A stretch of 64,000 nt of DNA from Catajapyx aquilonaris (GCA_000934665.2 KZ538034.1:62001-126000), one strand, 5' to 3'; shown: positions 28,601 to 41,277, counted from the first letter of the stretch. The notes: generated by a model from the letters alone, not told the origin. Made by a program: numbers and translations.

Positions 28601-30117
28601 TCCTGACGTCATATGCTGAGTTGTGAAGAGTTTGGCTTTCTTGCCAAAAGTGTAGAAATGAGCTCGAGTTGCTCGTCTCGTGATGTCATATAGAACATAC
28701 GGTCGTAGTGTGTGTCGATGCCCCTGTTAGTTCGCTCCAGCGATCGGTCAAAATTTTTTTCTGGTAGGCGTCACTTTCAGGGATGAGTGTGCATAGAGGC
28801 CAAAGTGTGGAAGGTGACATAAGCCCACGCGGTGAGCAATGTAGGGCATGTTGATGGCCGAGTCACTACCCAAAACGGGGGAGTCGGGGTGTCGAGTGTC
28901 CATTTCAGGTGTGGATCGAAGGTCTTGTTATTTTACAAGGGCGTCGCGTGGCTGCTCCCATTTAAACCACCATCTAAAATTGACCAATTCTGATGCGAAA
29001 TAATCTTCTTACACAATAAATCAGAAAAATTTGTATGTCCCGGCTACCTAACCCACTCCCGGACTACTGAGAGTGCTGAAACTTGACACAACGCTGATTC
29101 AGGAAAAAGTACTAAACTGCCCGAAATTTTTTCGTCTAGGGCCTACATATGAGATGATTGCAATGTCTGCCAAGTGCGGCCCACTCGTAATGAAATCACT
29201 TCATGAACAGGTCGCTCAACCTGAAATGTTGGTGTTTTTTTTAAACAAAAAATAGTGCAAGAGAAAACATGTGGAGCCATGTTTTCTGGAATGTGGGGTC
29301 GAGCAAAGCGGGAAAATCGCAAATAGGATGGCATGCATGACTTGCACAGTATTTTTGGGCCGCAAAGTTTGTTGAGGCGCACGCGTGTAATTGGACGGAT
29401 CGTTACTTAATAGGTTTGAATTGTTTGATTTACGCGCGCATTCTCAGGGAGTTGTTCACGAATTGCGACGTGTAATTGGGCGTTGTTATGCAATAGTGTG
29501 TCAACCCACAAAATTGTCAGACTGGAGTTAAGCCCAGGAACATATACCAAAATGATCGTACTTCATTCAGATAAAATCAAGCTGGCCAAATCTGCATACT
29601 TCTGCCGTAAATGACCGAAAAGGACACTGAATTAATTTCACAGGTGTGATATTCAAAGCAATTTTTTTCATGTGAACTCATTATTGCTAGACAAAAAAAA
29701 ATCGCATACACAGTATGAATGAGGATCATGTGTTGTAGCACTTATTTGATACATAAGTAGGTCACTGGCAGTGCATCTGGTTTTGTGCGATGGTTTGATT
29801 ATGTGTTGCTTCCTGTTTATTGCTTTCATGGAGTTCTGGTATTCTGAGCAGGAAACTAATGTGTGTCTCTACCTTTTCAGGCGTTGTGTGGAACGCTGGT
29901 GGAAGTACCGACACTAAGTGGTCAAAAGCTGTCCTTAAATTTGACCAATGAGATCCTGACGCCCAAAACGACAAAGCGAGTTCCAAACCAGGGTCTGCCC
30001 TTCCCTAAGGAGCCCACTAGGAGAGGTGACCTTCTCGTCTCGTTCGACATCATCTTTCCAGAGAACCTCTCGCAAGATGCCAAGGACATCCTGTATGATA
30101 CGTTGCCGCCACGCTGA
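25629..30117 (+). CDS. DNAJB4: DnaJ/Hsp40 class B co-chaperone (DNAJB1/4/5-like), about 362 aa
   Basis: Exons 25629-26480 and 29881-30117, joined in phase 0. [10 protein letters not shown]...[12 protein letters not shown]-domain with the HPD motif, a G/F-rich region, and a C-terminal domain ([45 protein letters not shown]). AATAAA at 30448. The exact paralog name is not resolvable. Confidence 0.95.
26534..28611 (+). promoter_or_regulatory. Candidate intronic enhancer: three CRE palindromes and an HSE-like array
   Basis: TGACGTCA at 26534, 27946 and 28604; gtctAGAAcagtctAGAAagtttccagga at 27061-27089 resembles alternating nGAAn pentamers. Confidence 0.4.
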
Positions 30118-31271
30118 GGCCACTGCTCGTAGTGCTTATGAACTGATACACATTGTGGCAGTGATGCCCTCTAATCAAGGGACAAATGACTGAATGCTTC
30201 ATACTAGACAGACATCTCACAATTATTATTATTATTTTTCAGTTTGGGTTATTTTCACATGGGTGTGGGAAATACTCATAAGCTTATAACTATACAAGAG
30301 TTAACTGTACAGAGGTTACCGAGGTGTTGTGCTGCAAGAGAAACTTGAATAATTGTTGAGTAGAACATGATCATGATCATTATGTTTGTTTTCCATGTGC
30401 AGATATATTGTAAATATTTGTTTTCATAACATCAAATGTGTACAGAAAATAAAATCATGTAAGTGAAGATAAAAGTAAGTCATTATGTCTATGAACAACA
30501 TTTTCTCTCCTGCATTTTTAAATCCATTGAATAGTGATCCACAACACCATGAGGCTCGCGAGCTAATACATCAGTGCATATTCACTTCGTTGCATTCACC
30601 AGACATTTGTACATATGCAATTGTAAAATGATATGGAAATGGCACATTTGGCTGCACTTCAGTCCGTCACTGGCAACTTTTCGGATGTCTCCCAACATCT
30701 GACCTGGTATTTCACATTAAAAGTGGGTCGGTCGAGTTATTTTGGTCGACGTAGTATTGAAACCATTTATCATCCTGGCCAAAATTCTCTATTCCAAATA
30801 GCAGCAAAAGTAGGCTCCCTCTGAAGATATTAATAGTCAGAAAGGTAGGAATCACGGTTACTGTAGGCTACAGATGGGTGACGATAGACACCAATCAGCA
30901 TTGACATCTCAAATTTGGGCCCGCTGAATTACATGTAATGAACCCATTGCCAAAATGTGGCAACACTGCCGGGCCCTCCCCCTCTTGGACATGGTATGAT
31001 AGGCCACTACAGGTTGGTGCATATGCTCCTCTGCACACTACTGCCTCTCTCAGGGGGTAAATAGTACTATATCCATGTTGGTGATGATGATGAGTCACCA
31101 CACGGACAAAGTCCACCAGGGCACTCAGCACATGCCTCACTCCCATTGATGCACCTCTGACTGATATAGAGAGTGAACCTGTTGTGTCCTGTCATTATTG
31201 AATGGGGAAAGTGATAACTATGGTAACTACATGCACCTAGGTGATGAGTCACACCTAGCAAATCCTAAATA

Positions 31272-31500
31272 ACTAGTGCACCCATTGCCAAAATTTGGCA
31301 AAGTCTACAATCAGTACGACAGTGATAATCAAACAACTTTAATGAGGTGGCCCGCACCACACACTTGCCACACACCATGTTCACGTTTACCACGCAGTAC
31401 TATTATTCACTCATAGATGGTGCACACTCTCTCTGCACACTCAGATCATGCGAGAGGTAGTGGAACTAGCAGGTCGAACAAATATCCGATATGGAGAGAA
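31272..31500. repeat. Dispersed repeat, copy 2 (similar to 12668-12870)
   Basis: Same orientation and same colinear blocks as copy 1. Confidence 0.7.
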
Positions 31501-31510
31501 TAAGCCTACA

Positions 31511-31669
31511 TATCCTTCAGCGGATACACGCCCATCCTTCAGTGGATACACTGCCCCTATCCTTCAGCGGATACATGCCCATATTCAGCGGATACACGCC
31601 TTTCTTTCAGCGGATACATTGCCCCTATCCTTCAGCGGATACACGCCTATCCTTCAGTGGATACACGTC
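31511..31669. repeat. Minisatellite, 7 units of 21-25 bp (consensus tatccttcagcggatacacgcc)
   Basis: Unit lengths 22/25/22/21/25/22/22, abutting with no unique spacers. Confidence 0.92.
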
Positions 31670-32399
31670 TAGGAGTATAGCCAGGGACACGGCCAGGGGC
31701 AAGCAACTATAGATGAAGTTGAGGTGACTGTAAGATAGAGGCCAACTGGGCCAACTATAAAATTGGGCGGTTCTTCAAGGGTGCGTTCGGCAGATTTCCG
31801 TTTCAGACTAGGAGTTGGTAAACAAATAAAAACGATGACGTCAATGGCAAGTTAGACTGAACGGCCTTTTTTTTTCACTTTGAGATGCTCACGGTACCGC
31901 TCGGTACAGTAAACCATGCAAACCGTTATTGTTGCATTAAATGTGTTGCTTGGCATTAAAAACCTGTATAGAAGGGGGCAGGCATTCCCCCAGTGCCTAC
32001 AATAACTCGAATAGGGCGCCTTTGCACCCCCCAGACGTATCGTCTGCTTGAACGTGTATCCGCTCCTCCCTTCCCCCTCCCTCCCTCCCTTCCCCCTCCC
32101 CCTTCCACTAAAAGCAAGGTTGCCAGACGCAGCAGCGCCTTTGGTATCCGCATCAAGGTGTGTTGCATCGAAGTACTGGTGCCCCCCATTCCCCGAGACA
32201 TCCCGTACCCATACCGAGTGGGTTTGGTTGGACTCCTCCTGGTCGCAACCTCCTGCCCTCCAAGGGGTGTGGTGCAAGTGTGGTTCCTCGAGGAGGAGCA
32301 GCAGGGGCAGGCAGAGGGGGAGGAGATGGTGGGAGGGAGGAGGAGGAGATGAAGCGTAGGAGGTCCTGGGAACCCTGCAATGACAAAGCAAGCGGAGCA

Positions 32400-35300
32400 A
32401 TGATGGCGGCCGAGTCAGTCAACAGGGAGATGGTGCTGGCTGACTTCCAGGTGAGAGCCACAGAAGGAGAAGGAGGAAACGGAGGGAGCAGAACCTTTGG
32501 GAGGGCAGAACCTAGGGCAGAGTATGGGGAACACCCATCGGCCAAGATGGAAGGGGGGTGGTGGGGGCACAGCCTTGACTTGGAGGGACCCCCTGGAGGA
32601 GGGGGGGGGCTGGACGGCCATTTTTAGACACAAACACATTGTTGGACTCTCTCTCTCTCTCTCTGGTGGGTGGTAAACAAAGGGTTTTGTTTGGTTCATG
32701 TTGGAGGAGCAACAAGTTCACAACATGCGCAGAGAGTGAACAGTACGTCTGGGTACATCAGTGCGCAGGTGACATGAGTCAGAGCACACCCCCAAGCTCT
32801 ACATATTATGAAATAACCTATTATATTCACAGCATTTACTAATAATATACCGCAGAACCCTGTTTATCCGACCAGCAATAAACGTATCAAATACTGGTAG
32901 AAGAGGACGATTTTTAAAGTGGGCTTTCCTAACTAATGCTCTGAAGCCCACCGTAGCCCGTCAAATACTGTACTAGTCATTTGTATTGCCATGAGTACGT
33001 TGCTAAACTCAGCCGCTGCCAAAGCGAAGCAAAGGGGTCAGACATTCAGACAAAAAATGTAAGAGATTCACCCAAGATTCCGTGTGATTTATATGAGGAT
33101 TGTCCGACCCCTCGATTATCACATACTATCATATTATCTAATAACTATTGTATTGTAAAGTATGGCTTAATTGCTAGCGTATTGATAGTAATCAAGGGTG
33201 AAACAGCAATTATGTGGCGAGTGATTATGGTCGAGTAATTATGATTATTTTTCATTAAAGGCCTGCACTGGGATTGACGATTTGGGAGAGGCCATTTTGC
33301 ATTTGGAGGAAACCAACTGGAATCTTGTGGTAGGTGTTACGGTTTCTTAAACTGTATGAGAGCGGTCAGATGCGCTAACAGGTGTTTTCACAACCAACAG
33401 GCAGCTGTGAACCGTGTCCTGCCCCAGGAGTCCCAGACGCTACCTTCTGAGCATGGAGGTGGAGTGCTTCAAGGCCCCAATTTTCCTGGGGGCAACCAGG
33501 GCAATCTGGGCCCACTGGGGGTGTCCGGAGGGGGCGGCATGAGGCCCCTTCCCATGCCCATCTTCCCCCATGCCATGCCTGTGAGGCGCAGCCCCGGCAG
33601 CTCTGGCACGGACGTGTCCTTGCCTCCTGCCATGAACCTGTTCCAGAGAGTTTCTATGAGCAATGACATCATACCCCTACCTTCCACCTCTCAGGGATCA
33701 ACAACCAGACTGCTCAATTTTGATGTCAAGTGTGGCTCACGCACAGTGCACATAGAGATTTCAGACACAGAGACAGTTGGTTAGTCAGTGCTGCCGATAT
33801 CGCTGTTACTGTTCATGTATGCTTGCAACTTCATACCGTAATGTTATTGTTGCAGGTACACTGAAAACGCGGCTGCATGGAGAGTTTGGCATTCCACTTT
33901 GCCAGCAGGACCTACAAGGATGGGGAAAGCATATACGAGTTTCGGACTCGGCTCGCCTTGCATCTTTAGGTCTCCCAAAGGACAATAGCCTCGTGCTGGC
34001 CATACCTAACAATGTGTTTGGCATGGATGGTGATAGGTGAGGAGGATATTAGCTTGGTAAATTCATGTACAAACTGCTGATATGTAAGGCATTGGAACTT
34101 GCCATAAATCAAGCGTCAATCGCTCTACTATCATTGGCAAAAAGTGCTCCTAGGCATTGTTGCTGGATGTTGAAGATGCTAATCTTGGTTTTTGTTTGCA
34201 GGCCCGATGAAAAAGAGTCGTTCACCCTGAATATCACAGACAAAATCAAGCACAAAAACTATAGTTTAAAGTTTCCTGGCAATAAAACCATATTGGACGT
34301 GAAGAGTGGGATGTACACACTGACGGACGTCCCAGCCAGGGACCAAGTCTGGACTGGATGGCCCTGCAGTGCCATCGACTCAAACGTAAGCTGAAAATTT
34401 TGATGTACGATGTGAAGAGTTGGGTCTTTCCCTGTAGCTACAAACAGGGAGGCAAAATAAAATTGAAATTAATTGCTTTCAAAACTCAAATGCGAGTCAG
34501 ATGTGGTCGGATTTGGCCTCATCATCATAGGGCTACTGTTGTTACAGATGAAGTAAAGGAGTATTTCCAGTGCCTTTTCTGGTGACGTAAAATTTAGAGT
34601 AAAGGAAATTTGTAACTCCAAACAGATTTTGGAAATATTGGAAATGGGAAAACTGTGGGGGTGGCCACTTCATCAAATGTATTTGTAATCACGCTGATTT
34701 ATCCCTTCTTTCAGACGTTAGCAGAATCAGGGATCAACTATCCAACTCATGACTTAACTGTGAAAAAAAAAATCCAAGCAAAGCATCCAACGTCTGTAGC
34801 GAAGGAATCTAGCAACAAAAAAGTGAGTGACTGGAAGAGTGATCGGCAATTCATGATACTAAAGACATGTTAAATTATTTCAGATTGTTGTGGATAGCGA
34901 CAGCAGTTCGGATGACTTCGAGGATGCTTCAGAGACATTCACAGTGGATGATGACATATTTGGGACTGACATCCCAACCCGGAAGATTCAGCCCCTCAGT
35001 AAGTCAATGTCATATGGATCGCACCAACTCCCAACTAGGCCAACTGGCTAAGTGTTTAACTTTGCCGTGATATTCAGTTCCAGATAATGTGGATGACGAG
35101 ACAGCAGCTTCAATACATTTTGTAGAAGAGTTCGGCAGTCGCTACGGCGAGATGCGCCCCATGTTCTTCCAGGGTTCCTTAGAAGAGGCCATGCGAGAGG
35201 CCTGCTTCCGCCCTGCCAAGGAGCGGCGTCTTCTAGCTGTTTACCTACACCACGATAGCAGTGTGCTCACCAATGTCTTTTGCACACAACTCCTTTGTGC

Positions 35301-37058
35301 AGAGTCCCTGGTCTCCTACCTCACCAACAATTTTATCGTGTGGGGCTGGGACCTCACGTTTGAGTCAAATAGGGCTAGGTGAGCTATTGAACTAAATTGT
35401 GCGACTGATGAGGACTTATGAGTTTATTTAGCCATAAATGCAGGCCAGTTCTTCACACCTATAAGAGTACCTCATTGGCTTGCACTCATTATTCTCGTGA
35501 CTCAAGTGGTGGGTGTCAATTACCTGGAACTTTTCTGATTCCAGGCTGCTTTCCATGGTTGTGCGGCACTTTGGGCCTGTTGCAGCCGACACTATTAGGA
35601 ATATTGAGGTGGAGAGGTTACCAGTGCTTCTCATAATCATGAGGACCAGGTCGTCTACTGAAGTTGTCAATGTCATTAGTGGTAGGTATCAATCAGTGGT
35701 ACCCAATTATTTTCTCTGCGCAGTTCCTATGGTTGTGATTGTCGCTGTCAGCCTCGTAAAACTGCCTGTAAATCTTTGTTTCTTTCCATTTCGTCGAAGG
35801 CCAGATATTTACAAGATATCCAAGTCTCTGTGGCTTTTGATGGCACTTGAACTTTTTGTTACAGGAAATGTACTCCTAGATGAGCTGATGACAAACCTGA
35901 TTCATTCAGTGGATGTGTTCACCGAGCAGCAAAGACTGGAAATAAGAGAGGAGGAGGAGAGGGCAGCCAGGGAAAGGGTAAAGCAGGAACAAGACGAAGC
36001 ATATCAAATATCCTTAGAAGCAGACAGGTGAGGCGCACGCCATATATTCTGCGGAGTTCAGTGCAAGCATTTCTCTACCTTCATTTGAACCATTTCAGGG
36101 CCAAAGAAGAAGCCAGAAAGCAAGAGAGGGAGGAGAAGGAAAGGTTGCACCGGGAAAGAGAGCAGGAGCAGGAAAGGATGGAGATTCAGAAGCAGAGAGC
36201 AGAAGCCAAAAAGGAGGCAAGTTTATTCCACATCCTGTAAAATATGTAGCCCACGGCTTCACTATTCACATTCCGAGATTGAAAACGTGGGTATGTGGCG
36301 GTGTGGATAAGTCGTTCAAGAAATACAAACGTCAAAGTCAAAAATACAATCAGCAGTTTCACTGCCATGTTTGCGTAAATACGGGCAGCTAAATGAGTCG
36401 TAATATTTACATCATTTCTACCTTTCCTTGGCAGGCTCATCGCCTGAAGGTTGAGTCTGAGCTTCCTCCTGAGCCTGAGGAGAACATAGATTCCCTATTC
36501 CACGTTCGATGTCGGCTTCCTTCAGGCGAGCTGGTGTCCAGAAGGTTTAGGGCGTCCGATTCAATACAGGTAAGTGAATTTTTCTGGTAGAAACTTGCCG
36601 ATTGAACTGCTGTTGCACACTGTTTAATTCTGATGCATTTTTTTAAAGATTTTGTTTGATTTCCTCTTGGTGAAAGGATACCCCACTAGTGACTACAAAG
36701 TACTGACGAGTTGGCCTAAAAAAGATGTAAGTAGTGTTACTGAAATCAGATCAGTATTTCACAACTTCAGTTCACGTGAGAGGGGAATAAATAGGTTGAG
36801 TAAAAATTTGCCTAAGCTGACCAATCAGCGATGTGGGCGATGTAGATGTACTGTTCATTCCCGATGAAGCACTTTCAGTTAAATGAATTCATTTTCCTGT
36901 GTATTCAGGGTTATGTAGTTTGTAAGTTTGCATTGCAATGAATTAGAGCAACAAGTGACATTTTAAAAAATACCTTTCAGCTGACATCTTTCAACCTGGG
37001 GACACAAATCGGTGCTGAGTTACATCAGCAGGAGACTCTAACGTTGGAGGAGCGATAG
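32400..37058 (+). CDS. FAF1: FAS-associated factor 1 (caspar-like; UBA, UBL, UAS, coiled coil, UBX), about 698 aa
   Basis: 14 phase-consistent exons: 32400-32450, 33261-33329, 33401-33779, 33856-34036, 34202-34385, 34715-34822, 34884-34998, 35078-35378, 35545-35681, 35865-36027, 36099-36216, 36435-36569, 36649-36726, 36981-37058. N-terminus NREMVLADFQ|ACTGIDDLGEAILHLEETNWNLV; UAS region LLAVYLHHDSSVLTNVFC...WGWDLT; UBX region RCRLPSG...RRF...SWPKKD...QETLTLEER*. Confidence 0.95.
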
Positions 37059-37662
37059 ACGAGATGATAACAATTTTCCACCAAAAAAAATTATTAATTA
37101 ATAATTTCACTCGACACTTTTGCAAACAAGAAGAGAGAAATCATGCCTCATAAACAATGTCACAGGAAATAAATCTGCATTGTTTTTGGACATTATACAG
37201 AAAATGCTCTTTCACCTGCATTGCAAACATGGTTAAATTATTATTTTGCAGGCTTCCTTATTTAATTGTATAAATAGTTTATCATATTGGCAGTACTGGA
37301 TACAGGCTCTGTTTCTGTTGAACAGTAACGCATTATACTGCAGAATAGATGATGTGTATAATGGTTTGGAACAGAGTAAATTTGTATTTAATGTATTTAA
37401 ATTCAAATAAAGGTACCTGGAGGTAACTTACTGATGTTATTGTGATAATTTGATTCCACATTTTTCCAGACAACTCCAGAGCACTTTTTACATGTAAGAT
37501 TCAAGCTGATTTATTGTATGGAAATGATTGGGTCACTTCTTTTTTAAACATCTGGAAGTACAGAATAACAGCACAAAATGTGTTATTGTCACAAGAGTAT
37601 TGTGCATAAACACACATTGTTCAGTTGAGGGCCATCCACGGGCGTTGATGACACTAATGCTG

Positions 37663-38391
37663 TTACTTCTTGCACAAACTTGGATGCTGCTGCTCCAGAT
37701 TCTCCTTCACATGAGAAGAGCATTTTCGAACTCGAGATGGAATGTGGTTCACCATTTTGAACTTGTTAATCCAGGAGAGAGATGCCTTGAAGGGAAAGCA
37801 TGGGTTCACTTCATTCTTGTGCCGCAACGCTATTTGCTGAATAGTCTTGTCATCAACAACTGCGTTTGCTGCGACCATCTCATGATATGTGTTTAAGGTC
37901 CTTTTGTTGATATCCGCCATTATGTCGGCAGTTTTTCCAAGGGGGCTCCGACTCTGCCGTGCTTCAAATCTGTACTAGATGTTTGACTGACTCTGTTTTA
38001 ACCGTCTATACCGCATTTGAACAGAGGACCATTTCCTGCGACCTTTTCCGGAACGAGTTCCATGGTGTGTCCAGTAGTTGTATGCAGCAAGTAGATACTC
38101 ATCTGGTAAGTCCAAGCAGGGTTTCTTTTCAGATGAAACTTCATAGTCTGCGATTGGTTCTTGACTGTCAACATCGTCTGCTTCTGACTCTGATTGGTCG
38201 CCAAACATAAGTGGGTCTTCCTCGAACCCGTTGTGTAAAAGCATATCCTTTATTTTTAACGCCACTGTATGTTCTTCCTGTGTTGGAGTTCCGCTATACC
38301 CAGGGAACTCCTTCGCCAATGGGTACACTACGGCTTTGGGATCCACCGATTTCATCTCCATTCCCTCAACAGCATCACCCTTGAACTGCAT
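37663..38391 (-). pseudogene. pogo/Tigger/CENP-B-type HTH-only ORF with one in-frame TAG (37977-37975); pseudogene, null allele or sequence error in a domesticated gene
   Basis: Track ORFs 38409-37975 and 37920-37663 are in the same frame, separated by TAG plus 18 sense codons. The joined product has YWTHHGTRSGKGRRKWSSVQMRYRRL...DDKTIQQIALRHK...FKASLSWINKFKMVNHIPSR; the FKASxxWxxxFK signature is typical of the CENP-B/Tc5 HTH. No DDE domain follows. Splice acceptor at 38430; minus-strand AATAAA at 37515-37510. Confidence 0.65.
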
Positions 38392-39374
38392 AATGTTTTT
38401 GCATGCCAAATCACCCTATTGCAAAAACACCTGTAAAATGATTTTGCAACAAGAGATACTGGTAAATTGCATGCACATGATTGGGATGTTCAGAGAGAGT
38501 AATCCACCAGTACAGCGCAGGACATGCCCTTTTGTGTATGTGCATAAAATTAATGTGTTGTATGACCGGTCATGACCTGCCCCAACACTTAACTGTACTT
38601 TTGTGCTACGTGTATTTTCTAGTCCAAACACCGTCCTGCTGAGTGTACCGCTTCTTGGCCTCCTTCCGCATATGTGTTATTTCCAACCCTCCCGAACGGA
38701 CATGTCCACGTATTTCCAACTTCCGACCTTGGGCGTTCCAGTCGACCTCGAATTGCTGGGGTCTTCTTGCTTCTTCTTCTGAGCCGGCGAGCAGAAGCAG
38801 CAGGACAGCGCACTGTAGCTGGTGGTACCGCCTGCACCGTACACACAACAGACACCGAACAAAAATTGGAACAAAACAATGGATGTAAGTTATTTGAGAG
38901 TATTCCATTTTTTTTAAAAAATGTTTGATTTCCTAGAATTTCTGGAGGGGGTCAGTGACCTCTCCCTGAAGAAGACACGCAATCGGTTTGACCTGGTTTG
39001 AAAGACAATGCTACAAAATGTGCCTTCCTGCCGTCTTTTTCGGTTTCTTGTTCATGCGTGGAATGGAAAAGAGGAAGGCCTGGAAAAACCCGTTTCTTTT
39101 TTAGCCAAGTTGGAATATGTTCATGCAGTAGACCGTTAAAAAAAGAAAAAAAAAGTGGAAGAATATTTGCTGCATCATTCACAACATATGAATATACAGG
39201 GCATGTGGTTACATCAATTTAATTAAATTACTATGTGCATGCGTACACATGTTCTCATGCAACTCCTCGTTATAGAGTGGAAATGAATCGGGGAAATATG
39301 TTCACATTAGCATTATTTTGAAACAAAAAAAAAAAGCAGACAAGTTATGCTTTATCTGTGAATTTGATTTCATT

Positions 39375-39521
39375 ATTTTTACCCATGCGGAACCCTTAAA
39401 ATTGATGTCTCGGGGAAGCCGTACATAAAAATTATACCTCCAGTAATGACTCGAAAAAAAACAAAAAAACCTTTACATATGATTAACATATTCATTACGG
39501 AACACCGATTAAGAAACCCTG
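39375..39521 (+). mobile_element. Degenerate relative of the hAT MITE at 49916-50092
   Basis: ttttacccatgcggaaccctt...atgtctcggggaagccgtacataaaaatt...cggaacaccgattaagaaaccctg parallels the 49916 element; the left TIR is eroded. Confidence 0.55.
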
Positions 39522-40238
39522 CCATACATTATCAGAGTACTGTCATAATGCCCTCACACAACAATGTGAGTAAACAGAGTCGACAAAAAAGCAACAATGC
39601 GAGCACGATCTGACATCATCGTTGCTTACATCGTTGCTTTTCGTTGACACTGTTCTGTGAGGGTATTTCCATGGAAACCTTGATGACGTCGGATCGTCCT
39701 TTCGTTTTCCGCATATTATCAAGCCGTTTAAAAAAATCACCAAGTGAGTTGATATTTAACGTTGAGGCGTAACAATCTGCATGCAAATGAGAGGTTGGTA
39801 CTGGACCGGTACCGTAATAGCCAATCCGTCAGTTGTCAGTATAAATGGCGATGGTATGCAACATTTTACGTTGCCTTCACTTGCGGGCAATCAAGGATTT
39901 TCAAGGCCAGTGCTATTGCAGCAGGGATATTTGCATTAATAACAACGACACAAAAATGTTTTCAAAGTCAATTATTTCTTAATGCCATATCCATTACACA
40001 TGTGAGTTATGTACACGTAGCGTTGCCACATTTCCCTTGCTGGAGGCATGTTTTTTTTTTTTTAACTAGTTTTTTGCACTATATAATTATTGAATGCACC
40101 TGGTGAGGCGTACAGTACTTTTTCATGGAGGGTTGCATCCTTTACATTATTCTGCACATTTTACATGTTTATATGTTCAAAATGTTAGCATATTACAGTG
40201 GTTTCACAGGAGTGTCAAAATTTCCCAAATGCTCGACT

Positions 40239-40348
40239 TTTTGGACCCTTGATCCTCGTGAAAATTTCTACAAAATTGCCGACCTATTATAATATAATAG
40301 GACAGCTGCAATTGTGTAGAAATTTTCACAAGGATCAACGGTCCAAAA
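40239..40348. repeat. Near-perfect 110-bp foldback (MITE-like palindrome)
   Basis: ttttggacccttgatcctcgtgaaaatttctacaaaattgc pairs with gcaattgtgtagaaattttcacaaggatcaacggtccaaaa; the centre is cctattata-a-tataatagg. Confidence 0.8.
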
Positions 40349-41277
40349 TTATATACTGCCACCCCAGCAATGTTATATGTACTTTTATGTACTCCCCATT
40401 TTGTATTGCTGTACACGTGTGCATCTCGGTCATGCCATGTAGGATGAGCAAGTTTTGTGCTCATTAGCTAACATTTATCTGCACATCGTGATTGAACTTT
40501 GCTTGTGTCAGATCATCTTTTTTTATCATTTTTTTTACAACTTCATAACGTATGTGTCATAATATTGTAGAAGTGTAATACATTTGATTGAAGTCTCAGA
40601 CCATGGACTTTTAATCATGTTCAAGGAGCAGTGAATTACAATGACAAGTTGTAGAAATTGCACTTTGACTCATTGCAGACTAGAAGTGAAATCATGGCTG
40701 AAAAAAATGCTAATAGAAGTTTAAAACTATAAAGGGAAAGACACACTAATCAATGCTTTTGCACTGTGAAATAAGACAATATAGTTATCATATAAGAGCT
40801 GCAGGAGGACTTGAGAGTTGCATTTAAAGTAGGTACTTGCAAGTTGAAGCATCATTATGGTCATAATATGAGGAGACGAATACATTGCTGGCAACTGCTG
40901 TGATTTTTTATTATTGTTTGCAGCGTCAGTGGTTTTGGTTGGCTACTTGGGGGTTATTGAGTAAGGAGCCTCTTCCTAGTCAAGGTCACACTATTCAACT
41001 GGGGCTCTAGCTGCTTTTACCTTTCTCATTCACGCAACTCCCTTTGAAAGTAGGAGGGGAAAATAAGACAATGAAAAGTTATTTCCCACTCGAGGATTGT
41101 GCACTACTTCGTAAGACACCTTAATAAAAAGCATTAAGACGTTTCATCGTGCAGGTGTTGCAATAAGAATCTTGAACACTGCAAAGCTTTTTTCTTTCTT
41201 CTTTCGTTAGTAAGGAAGGGATTTAATATTGCAGCAGTGAAAACGTAACTCTTAGTAACCTAACTGATTCTCCTAAC

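Noticed and set aside
31511..31669. CRISPR-like appearance of the 22-bp array and ORFs 31448-31712
   Set aside because: No spacers; the ORFs are translations of the tandem repeat.
31852..32721. Several overlapping 80-180 aa ORFs
   Set aside because: GC-rich promoter, 5'UTR and intron 1 of FAF1; only 32400-32450 matches FAF1 coding sequence.
37975..38011. Tiny intron removing the TAG in the HTH ORF
   Set aside because: A candidate gtatag donor gives a 37-nt, frame-shifting intron with no polypyrimidine tract, well below the roughly 55-75 nt of the shortest introns in this window.
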